From the IMG/VR virus record IMGVR_UViG_3300022697_000115, positions 1 through 36,046 of that record: a stretch of DNA of 36,046 bases. One strand, written 5' to 3'. Positions 17,925-27,463 of the stretch are shown here, piece after piece. This DNA is from a virus (taxonomy: Duplodnaviria; Caudoviricetes). How positions within the stretch are numbered: the first letter of the stretch is position 1; each line of letters begins with the position of its first letter. Position numbers and translations under genes: made by a program. Below the pieces are notes generated by a model. It made no database searches. It had not been told where the DNA came from and saw only the letters and a program-made list of their open reading frames with translations.

Positions 17925-20009
17925 TCATGTATTGTTAGCCACAAGCTCCTCTTGAGATAAATCAATAATCCCTTGTTGTGCTTTTTGCAACATAATTTCG
18001 CTGATGCCTAAATCTAAACCGAGCTCTGATTGTTCGGCGTAAGATTTAATTAAATCTTGGTATGCTTTGATAGCTCGACCTTGCGATGTCATTTTTATAT
18101 CAAGGGTAGACGCATCAGCTTTGTCGGTTTCTGAGTTGATTTTATCAATGCGGGCCATAATTTCCGCATTTTGGAAGCGTAGGTTTTCTAATAATTCCAT
18201 TTGTGTTTCGTCCGGCTTCTGTTCCTGATCTAGACCGAATTCCTTAACCTCATCCTCCGTTGGGGTTACGATCCCTTCGGAAATCATTTGCTTTCTAACG
18301 CGCTTGGTAAGTTCGTCCGTCTCAATTACGTTAATATTTTTAGCAATCAAATCGGTCGCCAGCGCTTCAAATCTTGGTGATGCCGCCGTTAAATCAATAA
18401 GCTGTTGCGCAGACTCTTGACGTAACGTGTTATATGCGGGTCCGGCTTCGACAAAAGTTTCATATTTACCTGCACTTAAGTCATTTACAATAACCTGCTC
18501 CCCGGTTTCTTTATCAATAATTGGCTGATTAAAGTCATCGAAAGATTTAGCATTTATCTCGACGTTTTCGGTTGTATTGTCAAAATTTAACACTCTAACA
18601 ACTTGCTGCCTGTCCATTATTCTTGGCAATAAATCAATAAGGATGTCGCCTGTATATTTAATTGATTTATGCAGGTTATCGCTGAATACATATGTAGACC
18701 TATCGCCTTTCTCAGCTTGCGACCTTACTGATTTTTCGCTCAATAACTGCGGGGCATTACCCATTGCTGGGGCGTATAATCCTGTGGTTGCCTCCAAGTC
18801 GTCGCCCGCTTGCGAAACCTGCTGGATAAGGGATTGTTGCAACTGAGGTGCACCGGATCGTTGTGGCGCTCCCGGCACATCTGGGTCAGGGTTAAAGTAC
18901 ATAAACGGCGAATTGTTTGTATTGAATTTCTTTAGTGCCGTCTCGTAGCCTGCTGCCTGCTTAGGCGTAATCCAGTAAGGATCTTTAGGCGTCATCGCCG
19001 TGACTTCTATGGAATTTGATGTGGCATAGTTATAGATTCGCTGCGGGTCTTTTGCTAAACGAACGATCCCACGAATATAATCTTCGCCCTCGATATTAAA
19101 AGTCCTACCATAAACTGGCACCAGGGGAATAAATTTACCCGCCCACGGCATTGGGCCTTTGAGTATTTCAGCCCCGTTCATAATGTAGCTTTGCACTTTT
19201 CTAACGTGGGATTTGCGAGTATCCACAACAACGATACCTTTCTCTTTTAATTCGTCGAGTACTTTTTCTTCTTCGGTGATATTCAGAACTCGACCATCCG
19301 ACATCAAGGCAATAGTTGCCGGCACCATTTCAACTTCCCAGTATTCGGCAATCCTTATTTTTTTATCCTGAAACCAGCCTTTGCAGTTGCCAGTGAAATA
19401 ATCTTGACCTTCAAAACTTGAAATGGTCGCGTTTGGATACTCTGACTTAAACGACTCTAGTGTTTTGTTCTGAATGTAAAAAGCCCAATTTGCGTCTCTC
19501 TTGTCGTACTTCTCGGCGCTAAGGTCAAAAAACAATGATGATGCGGCAGATTTTATCGGAGCTAAAACAATCTCTTGATCAAAAGAATCTTCGGCTTTAA
19601 ATTGAGTTAATATTCTCCATCCACCATACCCACCGGTGGTTTCTTCATCAAACGCGCTATCGTAAATACTCTCAGCGTCAGAATTTAATTCAATATTTCT
19701 AATCAGCCCGGCTTTAATTTTTGCAACGTCTTCAGACCCATCGGTTACGGGTCTAACTTTTATCTGGGTTCTGTTTTGACGCTGACCGCCGCACACCTGA
19801 TCAATCGCTCCGGCGACACGGTTTATTGTATATCTTGGCCTGTCTTTCCTTTTCTCGGACGCAATATCATCCCATTGCCCATCCTCAGCGTGAGCAAAAC
19901 GCATGTCCTCAAGCGCTAATTTTCGTTGATCTCGTTCCGCGCTATAAACACTCTCGAAGCGCTCCATTGCCAGCTTATGTATTTTTTCTAGTTCTGGGGT
20001 CATTTTCAA
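17925..20009 (-). CDS. Portal protein (P22 gp1-like)
   Basis: GQW...RPRYTINR, IPLVPVYG, AKDPQRIYNY, DLSAGKY motifs; 694 aa. Confidence 0.92.
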   Translation of the reverse strand: MKMTPELEKIHKLAMERFESVYSAERDQRKLALEDMRFAHAEDGQWDDIASEKRKDRPRYTINRVAGAIDQVCGGQRQNRTQIKVRPVTDGSEDVAKIKAGLIRNIELNSDAESIYDSAFDEETTGGYGGWRILTQFKAEDSFDQEIVLAPIKSAASSLFFDLSAEKYDKRDANWAFYIQNKTLESFKSEYPNATISSFEGQDYFTGNCKGWFQDKKIRIAEYWEVEMVPATIALMSDGRVLNITEEEKVLDELKEKGIVVVDTRKSHVRKVQSYIMNGAEILKGPMPWAGKFIPLVPVYGRTFNIEGEDYIRGIVRLAKDPQRIYNYATSNSIEVTAMTPKDPYWITPKQAAGYETALKKFNTNNSPFMYFNPDPDVPGAPQRSGAPQLQQSLIQQVSQAGDDLEATTGLYAPAMGNAPQLLSEKSVRSQAEKGDRSTYVFSDNLHKSIKYTGDILIDLLPRIMDRQQVVRVLNFDNTTENVEINAKSFDDFNQPIIDKETGEQVIVNDLSAGKYETFVEAGPAYNTLRQESAQQLIDLTAASPRFEALATDLIAKNINVIETDELTKRVRKQMISEGIVTPTEDEVKEFGLDQEQKPDETQMELLENLRFQNAEIMARIDKINSETDKADASTLDIKMTSQGRAIKAYQDLIKSYAEQSELGLDLGISEIMLQKAQQGIIDLSQEELVANNT

Positions 20010-21490
20010 AATTCCGATTCAAAATCTAAGTCGATAATAGGATTAACGACGGGAATATACAAACACATCATTACTGAGTCGGCCATGTTGGGTGACGGAA
20101 TATCTAATACCCACATATCATCCTTGCTCATGATTTGTATCAACCCGGAAGGATTTTTCTTTTTTGGGATTTTGCAGATTTCAGATTTAAGCTTTGCGAG
20201 GTCAGCAATACCCTCTGAATCAAAGCTAATCATTTCATCGGGATCGATGTATTTGCCTTTAACAACACAGAGGTATGTCATGTAGCAACGTCGAGCGAGC
20301 GCTGTGTAATACTGTGATCGATTGTTCTTAAATGTCTGGGCATAGGTTTTTGATTTCTTGGTTCCGGTTGGCGCAATATCAGAGGGTACAGGCATATAAT
20401 CCTGTTTAGCATTATCTTGGGCTTTACCTGAGAGCGAACCACGAAACATGTGATACGTTGTCTTAGTGCCAGCAAAAGCGGTTGCAACCTGCCGTTTAAG
20501 TCCGGCCCCCATGCCGTCACCGTCCCAAACAAAACAATCAGCACCATACTCAACCGCTAATCCAGCCGCCCAATCACAACCGTCGTCGATCTCCCCTTCG
20601 TCATTTTCCTGTACTGACAAAATGACAGATCCATGACGAACCGCAAAACCCTTTGAATCTTTCCCGGTGTCAGAGGGATCGTGAGCCGCTACAACCGCAC
20701 CTCTCGGCTTAAGCGCCTCAGATAGTCTTGGTATTTTGTGAGCGTCAACGCAAGCGTCAAACCATTCAGGCTTGATAATCGCGCCTGGTACCGTATCTCC
20801 GTATTCATTTTCCCAAATTGAATCATATTCGGCGCGAGACAGGTTTTCGTAATCGTCCTGGCGTTCTTGTTCTAACTCGGGAGGAAACCAAGGGTTGTCG
20901 CGCCAATTAACCTGGACGACCATCATCAGATCATCTTCATATCGGCCCGTTTTTCTTAAGCTGGACTCGGCTCTTTTAAGGTATTTTTCTGCAATCGCGC
21001 CCATTGAATCCCCCCAGTTCATGGTTATCCATATTTCGGGAGGTTCTTCGTCATTTTCGTTTGCAGCGGCACTGGATCGTATCGAAGGGGTTAATACTTT
21101 TAAACTATTTCCGCTTACCGATTCCCCCTCCTCGATCCATAGTCGTTTAACGCCAGCCAAGGATTTGAGTGATGTGATATTTCGGGCCAAGCCCTTGTAA
21201 AATATCTCCCCGCCTGAATGGCTACGGATTTCGTTATTCATGACCGTAAAGCCGTCAATACCTAGCCGGTCGATTTCTACCTTAAGATTTTCATGTACGG
21301 AGTCGTCTATCGAATTTTGGAATTCACGTGAGCAACATATACGCTCACCGCTGTCTGCAAACATCAGCATGATATCGCCAACACCGGTAGACTTTTGCGA
21401 GCCTCGGCCGCCTACAGCAATTTTAATACGTTTAGGTTTTGATAGGAGCCAAGATATAGGCTCTACAACTCGTAGGTCAATTTTTGGCAT
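20006..21490 (-). CDS. terL: Terminase large subunit (PBSX-type)
   Basis: GGRGSQKS Walker A, CSREFQNSIDDSV, WIEEG Walker B, SPNMADS nuclease end. Confidence 0.95.
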   Translation of the reverse strand: MPKIDLRVVEPISWLLSKPKRIKIAVGGRGSQKSTGVGDIMLMFADSGERICCSREFQNSIDDSVHENLKVEIDRLGIDGFTVMNNEIRSHSGGEIFYKGLARNITSLKSLAGVKRLWIEEGESVSGNSLKVLTPSIRSSAAANENDEEPPEIWITMNWGDSMGAIAEKYLKRAESSLRKTGRYEDDLMMVVQVNWRDNPWFPPELEQERQDDYENLSRAEYDSIWENEYGDTVPGAIIKPEWFDACVDAHKIPRLSEALKPRGAVVAAHDPSDTGKDSKGFAVRHGSVILSVQENDEGEIDDGCDWAAGLAVEYGADCFVWDGDGMGAGLKRQVATAFAGTKTTYHMFRGSLSGKAQDNAKQDYMPVPSDIAPTGTKKSKTYAQTFKNNRSQYYTALARRCYMTYLCVVKGKYIDPDEMISFDSEGIADLAKLKSEICKIPKKKNPSGLIQIMSKDDMWVLDIPSPNMADSVMMCLYIPVVNPIIDLDFESEF

Positions 21491-21510
21491 TGATGCCTGC
21501 CTAGCGTTAG

Positions 21511-22140
21511 CTATTTATCAATTGTGGTGACTGGGTGAATATGCCATTCGTTTTTTATAGGTTCGTCGTTGCTTGTAACGTCGGTCTTGTCTTTAAGCCC
21601 CAAATCCCTAGCTATAATATTGGCATTTAGTAAGTCAGCAGCCGCGCCAGCGAACTTTTGGCTACGAATGACGTTTTCAATTTGCACTACGATGGCCGAA
21701 AAATCATCTCTTTGTTTATAGTCTGACCAGGTGCTTTTACCAATACCTAGATATAAACATAGGCTCTCAATGGTCATCGCTCGAATTTTATGTACAGTCT
21801 CTCGGGTGACGCCGCCCCTGTAACTAAATAACTTCTCCTCAAGCAAAGGATTGTTGTCAACCCAGTCGAAATACTCACAAGCGACGCTCCAAAGTATTTC
21901 AGTATTTTCAAATATCTTTTCTCGGCCAACTTTCGTTCTTGCTAGCCAGAATTTATTGCCCTTCAGTGGGTGGTCTTTTTCTTTTGATTTCGACTTGGCT
22001 TTAGCGATTTTCTTTTGCACGCTGGCTGCTGTCGCGTTCTTTTTTTTGGTCTTTTTCTTTTTAGCGGCTCTCTTTTTGACGACAGGTTTCGCCTTTTTAA
22101 CGGTTTTCTTTTTAACCGATTTTTTCTTTTTCGCAGCCAC
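21511..22140 (-). CDS. terS: Terminase small subunit (P22 gp3-like) with Lys-rich N-terminal extension
   Basis: KGNKFWLAR...ACEYFDWVDNNPL...GAAADLLNANIIARDLGL matches the P22 gp3 pattern. Confidence 0.9.
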   Translation of the reverse strand: MAAKKKKSVKKKTVKKAKPVVKKRAAKKKKTKKKNATAASVQKKIAKAKSKSKEKDHPLKGNKFWLARTKVGREKIFENTEILWSVACEYFDWVDNNPLLEEKLFSYRGGVTRETVHKIRAMTIESLCLYLGIGKSTWSDYKQRDDFSAIVVQIENVIRSQKFAGAAADLLNANIIARDLGLKDKTDVTSNDEPIKNEWHIHPVTTIDK

Positions 22141-22451
22141 TACGCCAACACCGTAAACAACACGTAATCAGTCTTAATTAATTTACCACCCAATACAACG
22201 GAGCCCCTAACACGCCACTGGCCAACATAATCCAAATCACCATCTTGCAACGTATATTCTAAAAACTCCTTTGCAATGTAACCCATGTCGTCGACTTCTA
22301 CATTTTTGGTCCCAGATATTAAATTGGCGGTAAACGTTTTCTCGTCTCCGAACTTAGGTTGCAAATAGATCGTCTTATTGGTGGCTTTGCTGATATCGAC
22401 GCCAAAGTCTGCGTATATTTTTGAGCCGTATTCGTTTTTGTTATAGGTCAT
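22140..22451 (-). CDS. BppU-N/Ig-like beta protein
   Basis: YTLQDGDLDYVGQW motif; paralog of the upstream gene. Confidence 0.6.
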   Translation of the reverse strand: MTYNKNEYGSKIYADFGVDISKATNKTIYLQPKFGDEKTFTANLISGTKNVEVDDMGYIAKEFLEYTLQDGDLDYVGQWRVRGSVVLGGKLIKTDYVLFTVLA

Positions 22452-22452
22452 G

Positions 22453-22800
22453 CTAATTGTCCGGGCAATCTGGGTCGCCGACAGTAAAAGGGAATTGTGA
22501 CCCTTTAAAAAAATCATCGGGTGTTTTTGTGTCGTCTGTATAGGTCAGATAGGCGCACCAATCACCAGCCTGGTCTAGAAAGCCTGCCTCGATGGCGTAA
22601 GACACATATTCGTTCGCCGTGACCGCACCAATAACCGGGAGTACCGCATTCACAGTTTCCAGGACTACGTTTGGCTTGGTTTTAGTAACTACCGAGTCAT
22701 CAGGTTTTTTGAACGTAATAGTGAGCTCGGTGTTTGCTGTCATTACAAAGCCAGCATCTAAATAAATCTTTTTCCCAGATTCTAAAAGTTTAAACCCCAT
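22453..22800 (-). CDS. BppU-N/Ig-like beta protein
   Basis: TITFKKPD...YAIEAGFLDQAGDW motif. Confidence 0.6.
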   Translation of the reverse strand: MGFKLLESGKKIYLDAGFVMTANTELTITFKKPDDSVVTKTKPNVVLETVNAVLPVIGAVTANEYVSYAIEAGFLDQAGDWCAYLTYTDDTKTPDDFFKGSQFPFTVGDPDCPDN

Positions 22801-23659
22801 CTTTTATCTCCGATTCGCCGGCCACGCCATCTTGAGTAATTGTGCTTTTCCCGGCGACGGACTGGTTATTGATGAATGATCTACCTTGCACCGAGATAGT
22901 GATTGAGCTTGCCCCAGCTACCGCCGTGTTATCTATGGCGCTTGACCCTGCAACGCCGATAGAGCTTATAAATGATCTTCCCGCGATAGATGGCAATTCT
23001 ATTGCGCCGCCAGGTAATGCTAGCGGCCTAATCCAGGGCTTTGCATGATAATTATATGTTTCGTTATTCGCCCAAAATAACCACGAATTATTTTTAACCG
23101 CTAATGATCCAATACCTGGTGGCGGTGTGACGGTGCCAATCAGTTTGTAATAATCTTTGGCTTTGTAATGGTAATCGTAATCAATCGCCTTTTTACCAAT
23201 GATATCCAGCTCGATACGTCTTGGGGGTACAAATAATAAAGATGGCTCGGGCACTACTGACGGTATTGATATTTTCTTCGTGCCGTAATACTTATAACTT
23301 GGCTTAGCAGCCCTTACGGGCAACACCTTCCTTGGAATTAATAACGATTTAGATACCGCTGGCGTTAGTGACGGAACAAACGCAACACTTTTTTGATAAT
23401 ATTTAATGCTATGGACGGTCTCTCTAGCCGGTAGCTCTTTTGCGTCATGTACCAGAGAAGCTGGAGATATTGACAACAACGTCGGTATAAATTTCGCCCG
23501 TTTAGAATATAAATTATGGTCATACAGGTCATAAAATGCGTCGAAGTTAATAACCGGCTTAACCGGCAAACTTGTATTTGGTGCAACAGAAGCTAAAGAC
23601 GGAATAAAGTTCTGTCTCGGTAATCTCCGGGGATAGCTTCTAAATACACCGTAACTCAT
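22790..23659 (-). CDS. Pro-rich protein with C-terminal VAGxSxI repeats
   Basis: Six repeats of about 10-11 aa at the C-terminus; coupled to both neighbours. Confidence 0.65.
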   Translation of the reverse strand: MSYGVFRSYPRRLPRQNFIPSLASVAPNTSLPVKPVINFDAFYDLYDHNLYSKRAKFIPTLLSISPASLVHDAKELPARETVHSIKYYQKSVAFVPSLTPAVSKSLLIPRKVLPVRAAKPSYKYYGTKKISIPSVVPEPSLLFVPPRRIELDIIGKKAIDYDYHYKAKDYYKLIGTVTPPPGIGSLAVKNNSWLFWANNETYNYHAKPWIRPLALPGGAIELPSIAGRSFISSIGVAGSSAIDNTAVAGASSITISVQGRSFINNQSVAGKSTITQDGVAGESEIKDGV

Positions 23660-23919
23660 AGGCTATCGATTAATACACTAACTTCATTGTCAGACAAATT
23701 TTTAATCTCGCTTGCTAGAGCGTTGATTTCCGTGATCGTATTGAAAATTTCTTCCTTAACCGCATCGTTCTGCAAAAGTATAGAGCCGACACATTGGCGA
23801 CACTTGGGAGATTTTTTGTTTAACAGCTTTTGTAGTGGCTCCATACGTTTACGTTCAGATTTACGTTTTAGCTTTGCATCTCTGGCTGCAACGATATTAT
23901 CAATATTCTTTTTACTCAT
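23656..23919 (-). CDS. Hypothetical protein
   Basis: GGAG RBS; overlaps the next gene. Confidence 0.6.
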   Translation of the reverse strand: MSKKNIDNIVAARDAKLKRKSERKRMEPLQKLLNKKSPKCRQCVGSILLQNDAVKEEIFNTITEINALASEIKNLSDNEVSVLIDSL

Positions 23920-23969
23920 GTCTAAGCTCCGATTATTCTTTAGAATGATTCAGTTGTGGTATGCAGCGA

Positions 23970-24452
23970 TTAACCACCTTTTTCTTCGAAATATACGGCT
24001 GCACTGCAAGTAAGCGAATCACCTGGCGCATCATTCAAAGAAAAAGTCCACCTGTCGCCAGGGGTTATTAATGGCCGTAACTCTGGCGTCCATATCTTGC
24101 TGTATGGGATTCTTACGTTCCATGTTTCTTTCCCTTGCGGGTCTAATACACCAGTACCAACAACCATTCTTGTCGTATTGTTAGCTTCGACGGTTGCCGC
24201 TGGCGCTGAGTCGCCGTTATCTTTAGGTTGTGGCGTAACAGTGCTACCCCCACTACCTGATGTTACCGTGCCATCACCACGCACAAACTCAAGCTCTAGT
24301 ATTTCTTCGGCGGCATCGCCAACATCAGACGTCTGCCCCAATTCAACTGCGTGAATTTCAATAATTCCCGTTGATGCACACAAGATCTCAAACAAATCTT
24401 GTGCCGCCGTTATTGCTACATCTTCAAACTCTGCAATCTGAATTCTACCCAT
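23970..24452 (-). CDS. Beta-rich acidic putative structural protein
   Basis: GAGG RBS; TSGSGGSTVTP motif. Confidence 0.65.
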   Translation of the reverse strand: MGRIQIAEFEDVAITAAQDLFEILCASTGIIEIHAVELGQTSDVGDAAEEILELEFVRGDGTVTSGSGGSTVTPQPKDNGDSAPAATVEANNTTRMVVGTGVLDPQGKETWNVRIPYSKIWTPELRPLITPGDRWTFSLNDAPGDSLTCSAAVYFEEKGG

Positions 24453-24461
24453 GGTATATTT

Positions 24462-25331
24462 TCACCTCACTAAATGTTGTTTCATTGGGTTAGTTTTGTA
24501 AATTAGTGTTGATGCCGCTACAACACTCGCAGGGACATAAACTCTTGCATTAATTTTTTTATAGCAAAGCGACCAATTATTAGAATAATCTTTTATCTCG
24601 TACGCCGAAAGTACACGGTCGAAGTACCTTATGCCAATAATTTTACCGTCAAATGGTTTATTCCAAACGCCGCCACTTAAATAATCTGTGCCTACTAACA
24701 ATGACGAATTAGTGCCGCCGCTTGTATTTGTTAATCCTGAATATGTCTCTAGTTCCTCGCCATCAAAATAAAACGCACCGGAACTCGTAGCGCCAACACT
24801 GCGCGTCAATGCGTATTGATGTACCTCTCCTGCATTTGCCCCTACTGATGCTGACGTTATATATGACACATTACCGCCTGCACCTTGCTCCCAAAACACT
24901 TGTAGTGTTTTGTCGGACTTAATCGCAAAAAAGATTAAGTAATTATCCTCCTCGGCCTCACCTGATGAATTAACAGCCGTAAATGCCTGGTATGAGTCTG
25001 GTATTGCGTCAAATGACGCGTTTACGAGTATCGTGCAATCTCCTGTGTTTTGATACTCAGGGTGCGCACCAAAATCTATAACAGAATCAGATCCAGATAA
25101 ATCAAAGGCCGAGCCTTTCGAGGTATTATTTCTTGCAACGTTTTCAGGAGCGCCAGAATGCCCGTTTATTATTTCTGAATATCCGTACCTCGGAGAGATG
25201 TCAACATACATACCTCTTGTGTGCGGGTTACTGCGATCAATAGGGACTATGTGATCAGGTACTATAAGTCTTTTTCTTAAACTATTAGTCATGGCTATGC
25301 ACGCGGACCATCCACCATGGGAGTCACCCAC
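24462..25331 (-). CDS. LamG/concanavalin-A-like domain protein
   Basis: HQYALTR...FYFDG...PFDGKIIGIRYFDRVLSAYEI; true start may be at about 25292. Confidence 0.8.
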   Translation of the reverse strand: MGDSHGGWSACIAMTNSLRKRLIVPDHIVPIDRSNPHTRGMYVDISPRYGYSEIINGHSGAPENVARNNTSKGSAFDLSGSDSVIDFGAHPEYQNTGDCTILVNASFDAIPDSYQAFTAVNSSGEAEEDNYLIFFAIKSDKTLQVFWEQGAGGNVSYITSASVGANAGEVHQYALTRSVGATSSGAFYFDGEELETYSGLTNTSGGTNSSLLVGTDYLSGGVWNKPFDGKIIGIRYFDRVLSAYEIKDYSNNWSLCYKKINARVYVPASVVAASTLIYKTNPMKQHLVR

Positions 25332-25762
25332 AAATTCCAGTCAACACCTATAGTTTGCCCAGTAGCCGTATTTTTAAAATAAAACTCGTATATTTGGGAA
25401 GCTTGAAAACCCGGCAGTTCAGCGCCGTAAACATAGGCGAAAAAGTTATTGTCCGCAGCAACACCGAAAGGAATCCGGAATGTACCTATTTGAGTATCTG
25501 GGTTGTTGTCTGACGGTACCTCGGGATCGTTTGTGCCCTGAATATTAAGCGGCCTTGCAAATAAACCAATACTGCCAACTGTTGGCATAGTGGTATCGAA
25601 CTGACATTCAAGCACAAAATTAGCAAACCTTGCGTCGTCATCATTAGTCCACTCGCTTGATGCCTCAGAATATGCGTTGCTGGCAACTGTCGCAGTAGTG
25701 CCGTCATCTATCTGGTCTTGCGTCCCCCAAAATACGATGCTTGCATCAGTACTTATGGCCAT
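25295..25762 (-). CDS. Beta-rich putative structural protein
   Basis: Operon context; jelly-roll-like composition. Confidence 0.65.
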   Translation of the reverse strand: MAISTDASIVFWGTQDQIDDGTTATVASNAYSEASSEWTNDDDARFANFVLECQFDTTMPTVGSIGLFARPLNIQGTNDPEVPSDNNPDTQIGTFRIPFGVAADNNFFAYVYGAELPGFQASQIYEFYFKNTATGQTIGVDWNLWVTPMVDGPRA

Positions 25763-25764
25763 AC

Positions 25765-26070
25765 CTAGACCCCCGCGTCCGCATCAATGAATAAGTTTAT
25801 CGCGCTATTGACATTATTCTGGACTGCCGTATCAGACGCTCCGTTAATTGCTGGCAAAGTTGCACTCTTGTTTGCAGCAAGAACAGACATGACAATCCTT
25901 TTTGTTTCGAGCCTTGGGTTTGCAAACGCCTTGGCTGCCCATGCTTTGCGCGCCGTCGATGGTGTGGTTTCATTTAATATGCCTTGTGCGGCAACAATAA
26001 CCGCCGCATCTACTTTATTTCTAATAGCAGAATCATTAAATAAATTTCGTAATTCCAAAAGTGATGGCAT
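25765..26070 (-). CDS. Hypothetical helical phage protein
   Basis: GGAG RBS; RKAWA...SDTAVQNNVN motif. Confidence 0.65.
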   Translation of the reverse strand: MPSLLELRNLFNDSAIRNKVDAAVIVAAQGILNETTPSTARKAWAAKAFANPRLETKRIVMSVLAANKSATLPAINGASDTAVQNNVNSAINLFIDADAGV

Positions 26071-26078
26071 ATATTCTC

Positions 26079-26101
26079 CAAAAACCGCCCGAAGGCGGTT
26101 T
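26079..26101 (-). terminator. Rho-independent terminator
   Basis: AAACCGCC-TTCG-GGCGGTTTTT on the minus strand. Confidence 0.8.
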
Positions 26102-26123
26102 AAAGCTAGTTATTTTACGAAAC

Positions 26124-26489
26124 CTAAGCAGAAATCAAAGGGTCCATTTTTGGACTATAGAAATATACGGTTGCAAACATATCGCCAGCACTATAATTAA
26201 CCAACATTCGCTTAGGTAAATAATCTAACCCCGCAGTATCACGATGTTCAGCATTAGCGCTGTTATCGTTATTGGATTTATTTAGCCTATTTTTTGATTT
26301 TGAGTAAGCAGCCATATTTCCAACGTCAAAAACTGCATTCTTAAACGATTCAGTCTTAATACTGGTAAAATCACTTTCAACCGATTGGCTGTATTTTGTA
26401 ATACCTGCATCGGTTGGCGGCATTGCATAGGCGCTAAAACATAGAAAAACCATTGATATAAAAATTAATAATCGCATTCGAGTTCGCAT
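26124..26489 (-). CDS. Secreted/periplasmic hypothetical protein
   Basis: Signal peptide ending in SAYA; AAGGA RBS. Confidence 0.6.
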   Translation of the reverse strand: MRTRMRLLIFISMVFLCFSAYAMPPTDAGITKYSQSVESDFTSIKTESFKNAVFDVGNMAAYSKSKNRLNKSNNDNSANAEHRDTAGLDYLPKRMLVNYSAGDMFATVYFYSPKMDPLISA

Positions 26490-26530
26490 TCTCTTTCCTT
26501 TTATTTTGGATAAAACCTGCTTACAAGGGA

Positions 26531-26560
26531 AATATAGACTTTAGAGTTCAATTCTGTCAA
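26531..26560 (-). promoter_or_regulatory. Sigma70-like promoter
   Basis: TTGACA-18-TATATT on the minus strand. Confidence 0.5.
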
Positions 26561-26577
26561 TATTTTTGAAATCTCAA

Positions 26578-26994
26578 CTAAACCGGCAGCTCTTCTTGAG
26601 TTGGATTGTAAGGCCGCTTAATTGCCTTGCGACAAATATCATAAGCTAAATCGAAACCGTCCATTTCATCTTCCGACATTTTTGAAACTGCAATCGCCAT
26701 AGCTAAGGCTTTCTTTGATATCCCCATCGCTTCCATCTGTTGCCGTTCTGATTGCATGTCGGCACTGACTTCTGAGCGGTCGCTTTCAAATTCGCGAATT
26801 TTTCTAACAGCTGTGGCCACTTTTGTTTGTAGCTGTTTTAAGTTTTGCTTACTTAATTGTTCAAGCCGGGTTTCTTTTTTATCGTCGTTAGCGGCGGCCT
26901 TGCTGGCTTCATCTCGGTCGGCAGCACTAGAATGCGTACCGTCCACCACTTCTGGGTAACTTTTTTTCGTATCTTGTGATTGTTCCGTTTGCAT
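26578..26994 (-). CDS. GapR/DUF2312-like DNA-binding protein
   Basis: IREFESDRSEVSADMQ...MEAMGISKKAL...KMSEDE pattern; GAGGA RBS at the MQTEQ start. Confidence 0.6.
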   Translation of the reverse strand: MQTEQSQDTKKSYPEVVDGTHSSAADRDEASKAAANDDKKETRLEQLSKQNLKQLQTKVATAVRKIREFESDRSEVSADMQSERQQMEAMGISKKALAMAIAVSKMSEDEMDGFDLAYDICRKAIKRPYNPTQEELPV

Positions 26995-27016
26995 AATAAA
27001 ATCCTCTTTTGATAAA

Positions 27017-27463
27017 TTAGAATGGTGCTGGTTCGGATAACTGTAACTTTTTTTGCTTTTGAACTTGCTCTTGACCGATTTGGAAAATATCCATGACAAT
27101 TTTACCGCCTTTACAAACCTCCATCATTTCGATGCTGAGTTTTTTAACTTGCTTGTCGTCAGTCCAAAAATTTGACTTAGATAATGCGTCAAATAAACCC
27201 TTAGTGTAGTTATCAACATCACGTCTTCGCTTGTCGCGCGGGTATAATTTCAAACAAACTTCTAATATTTCACCGTTGGTGAATCTACCTTCGAGCTTAA
27301 ATTCATCGATAATGCCGCTTACATAGTTTCTATAATCCCGACCTTTATCGCTTACAATCATAGTCGCGAACTTTTGGCCTTTCCGGGCAAACGGAAACCA
27401 GTATGCATTTAGCGAGCAAGGAAAATTCAACGTCAGTCTAATCCTGTTATCTGATAGATCCAT
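27017..27463 (-). CDS. rusA: RusA Holliday junction resolvase
   Basis: PCSLNAYW, RRRDVDNYTKGLFDAL, DDKQV. Confidence 0.9.
   Translation of the reverse strand: MDLSDNRIRLTLNFPCSLNAYWFPFARKGQKFATMIVSDKGRDYRNYVSGIIDEFKLEGRFTNGEILEVCLKLYPRDKRRRDVDNYTKGLFDALSKSNFWTDDKQVKKLSIEMMEVCKGGKIVMDIFQIGQEQVQKQKKLQLSEPAPF

Noticed and set aside
6935-26200. Many plus-strand ORFs opposite the late genes (e.g. 6935-7405, 11756-12142, 16097-16444)
   Set aside because: Antisense shadows of well-supported minus-strand genes, with no recognisable motifs
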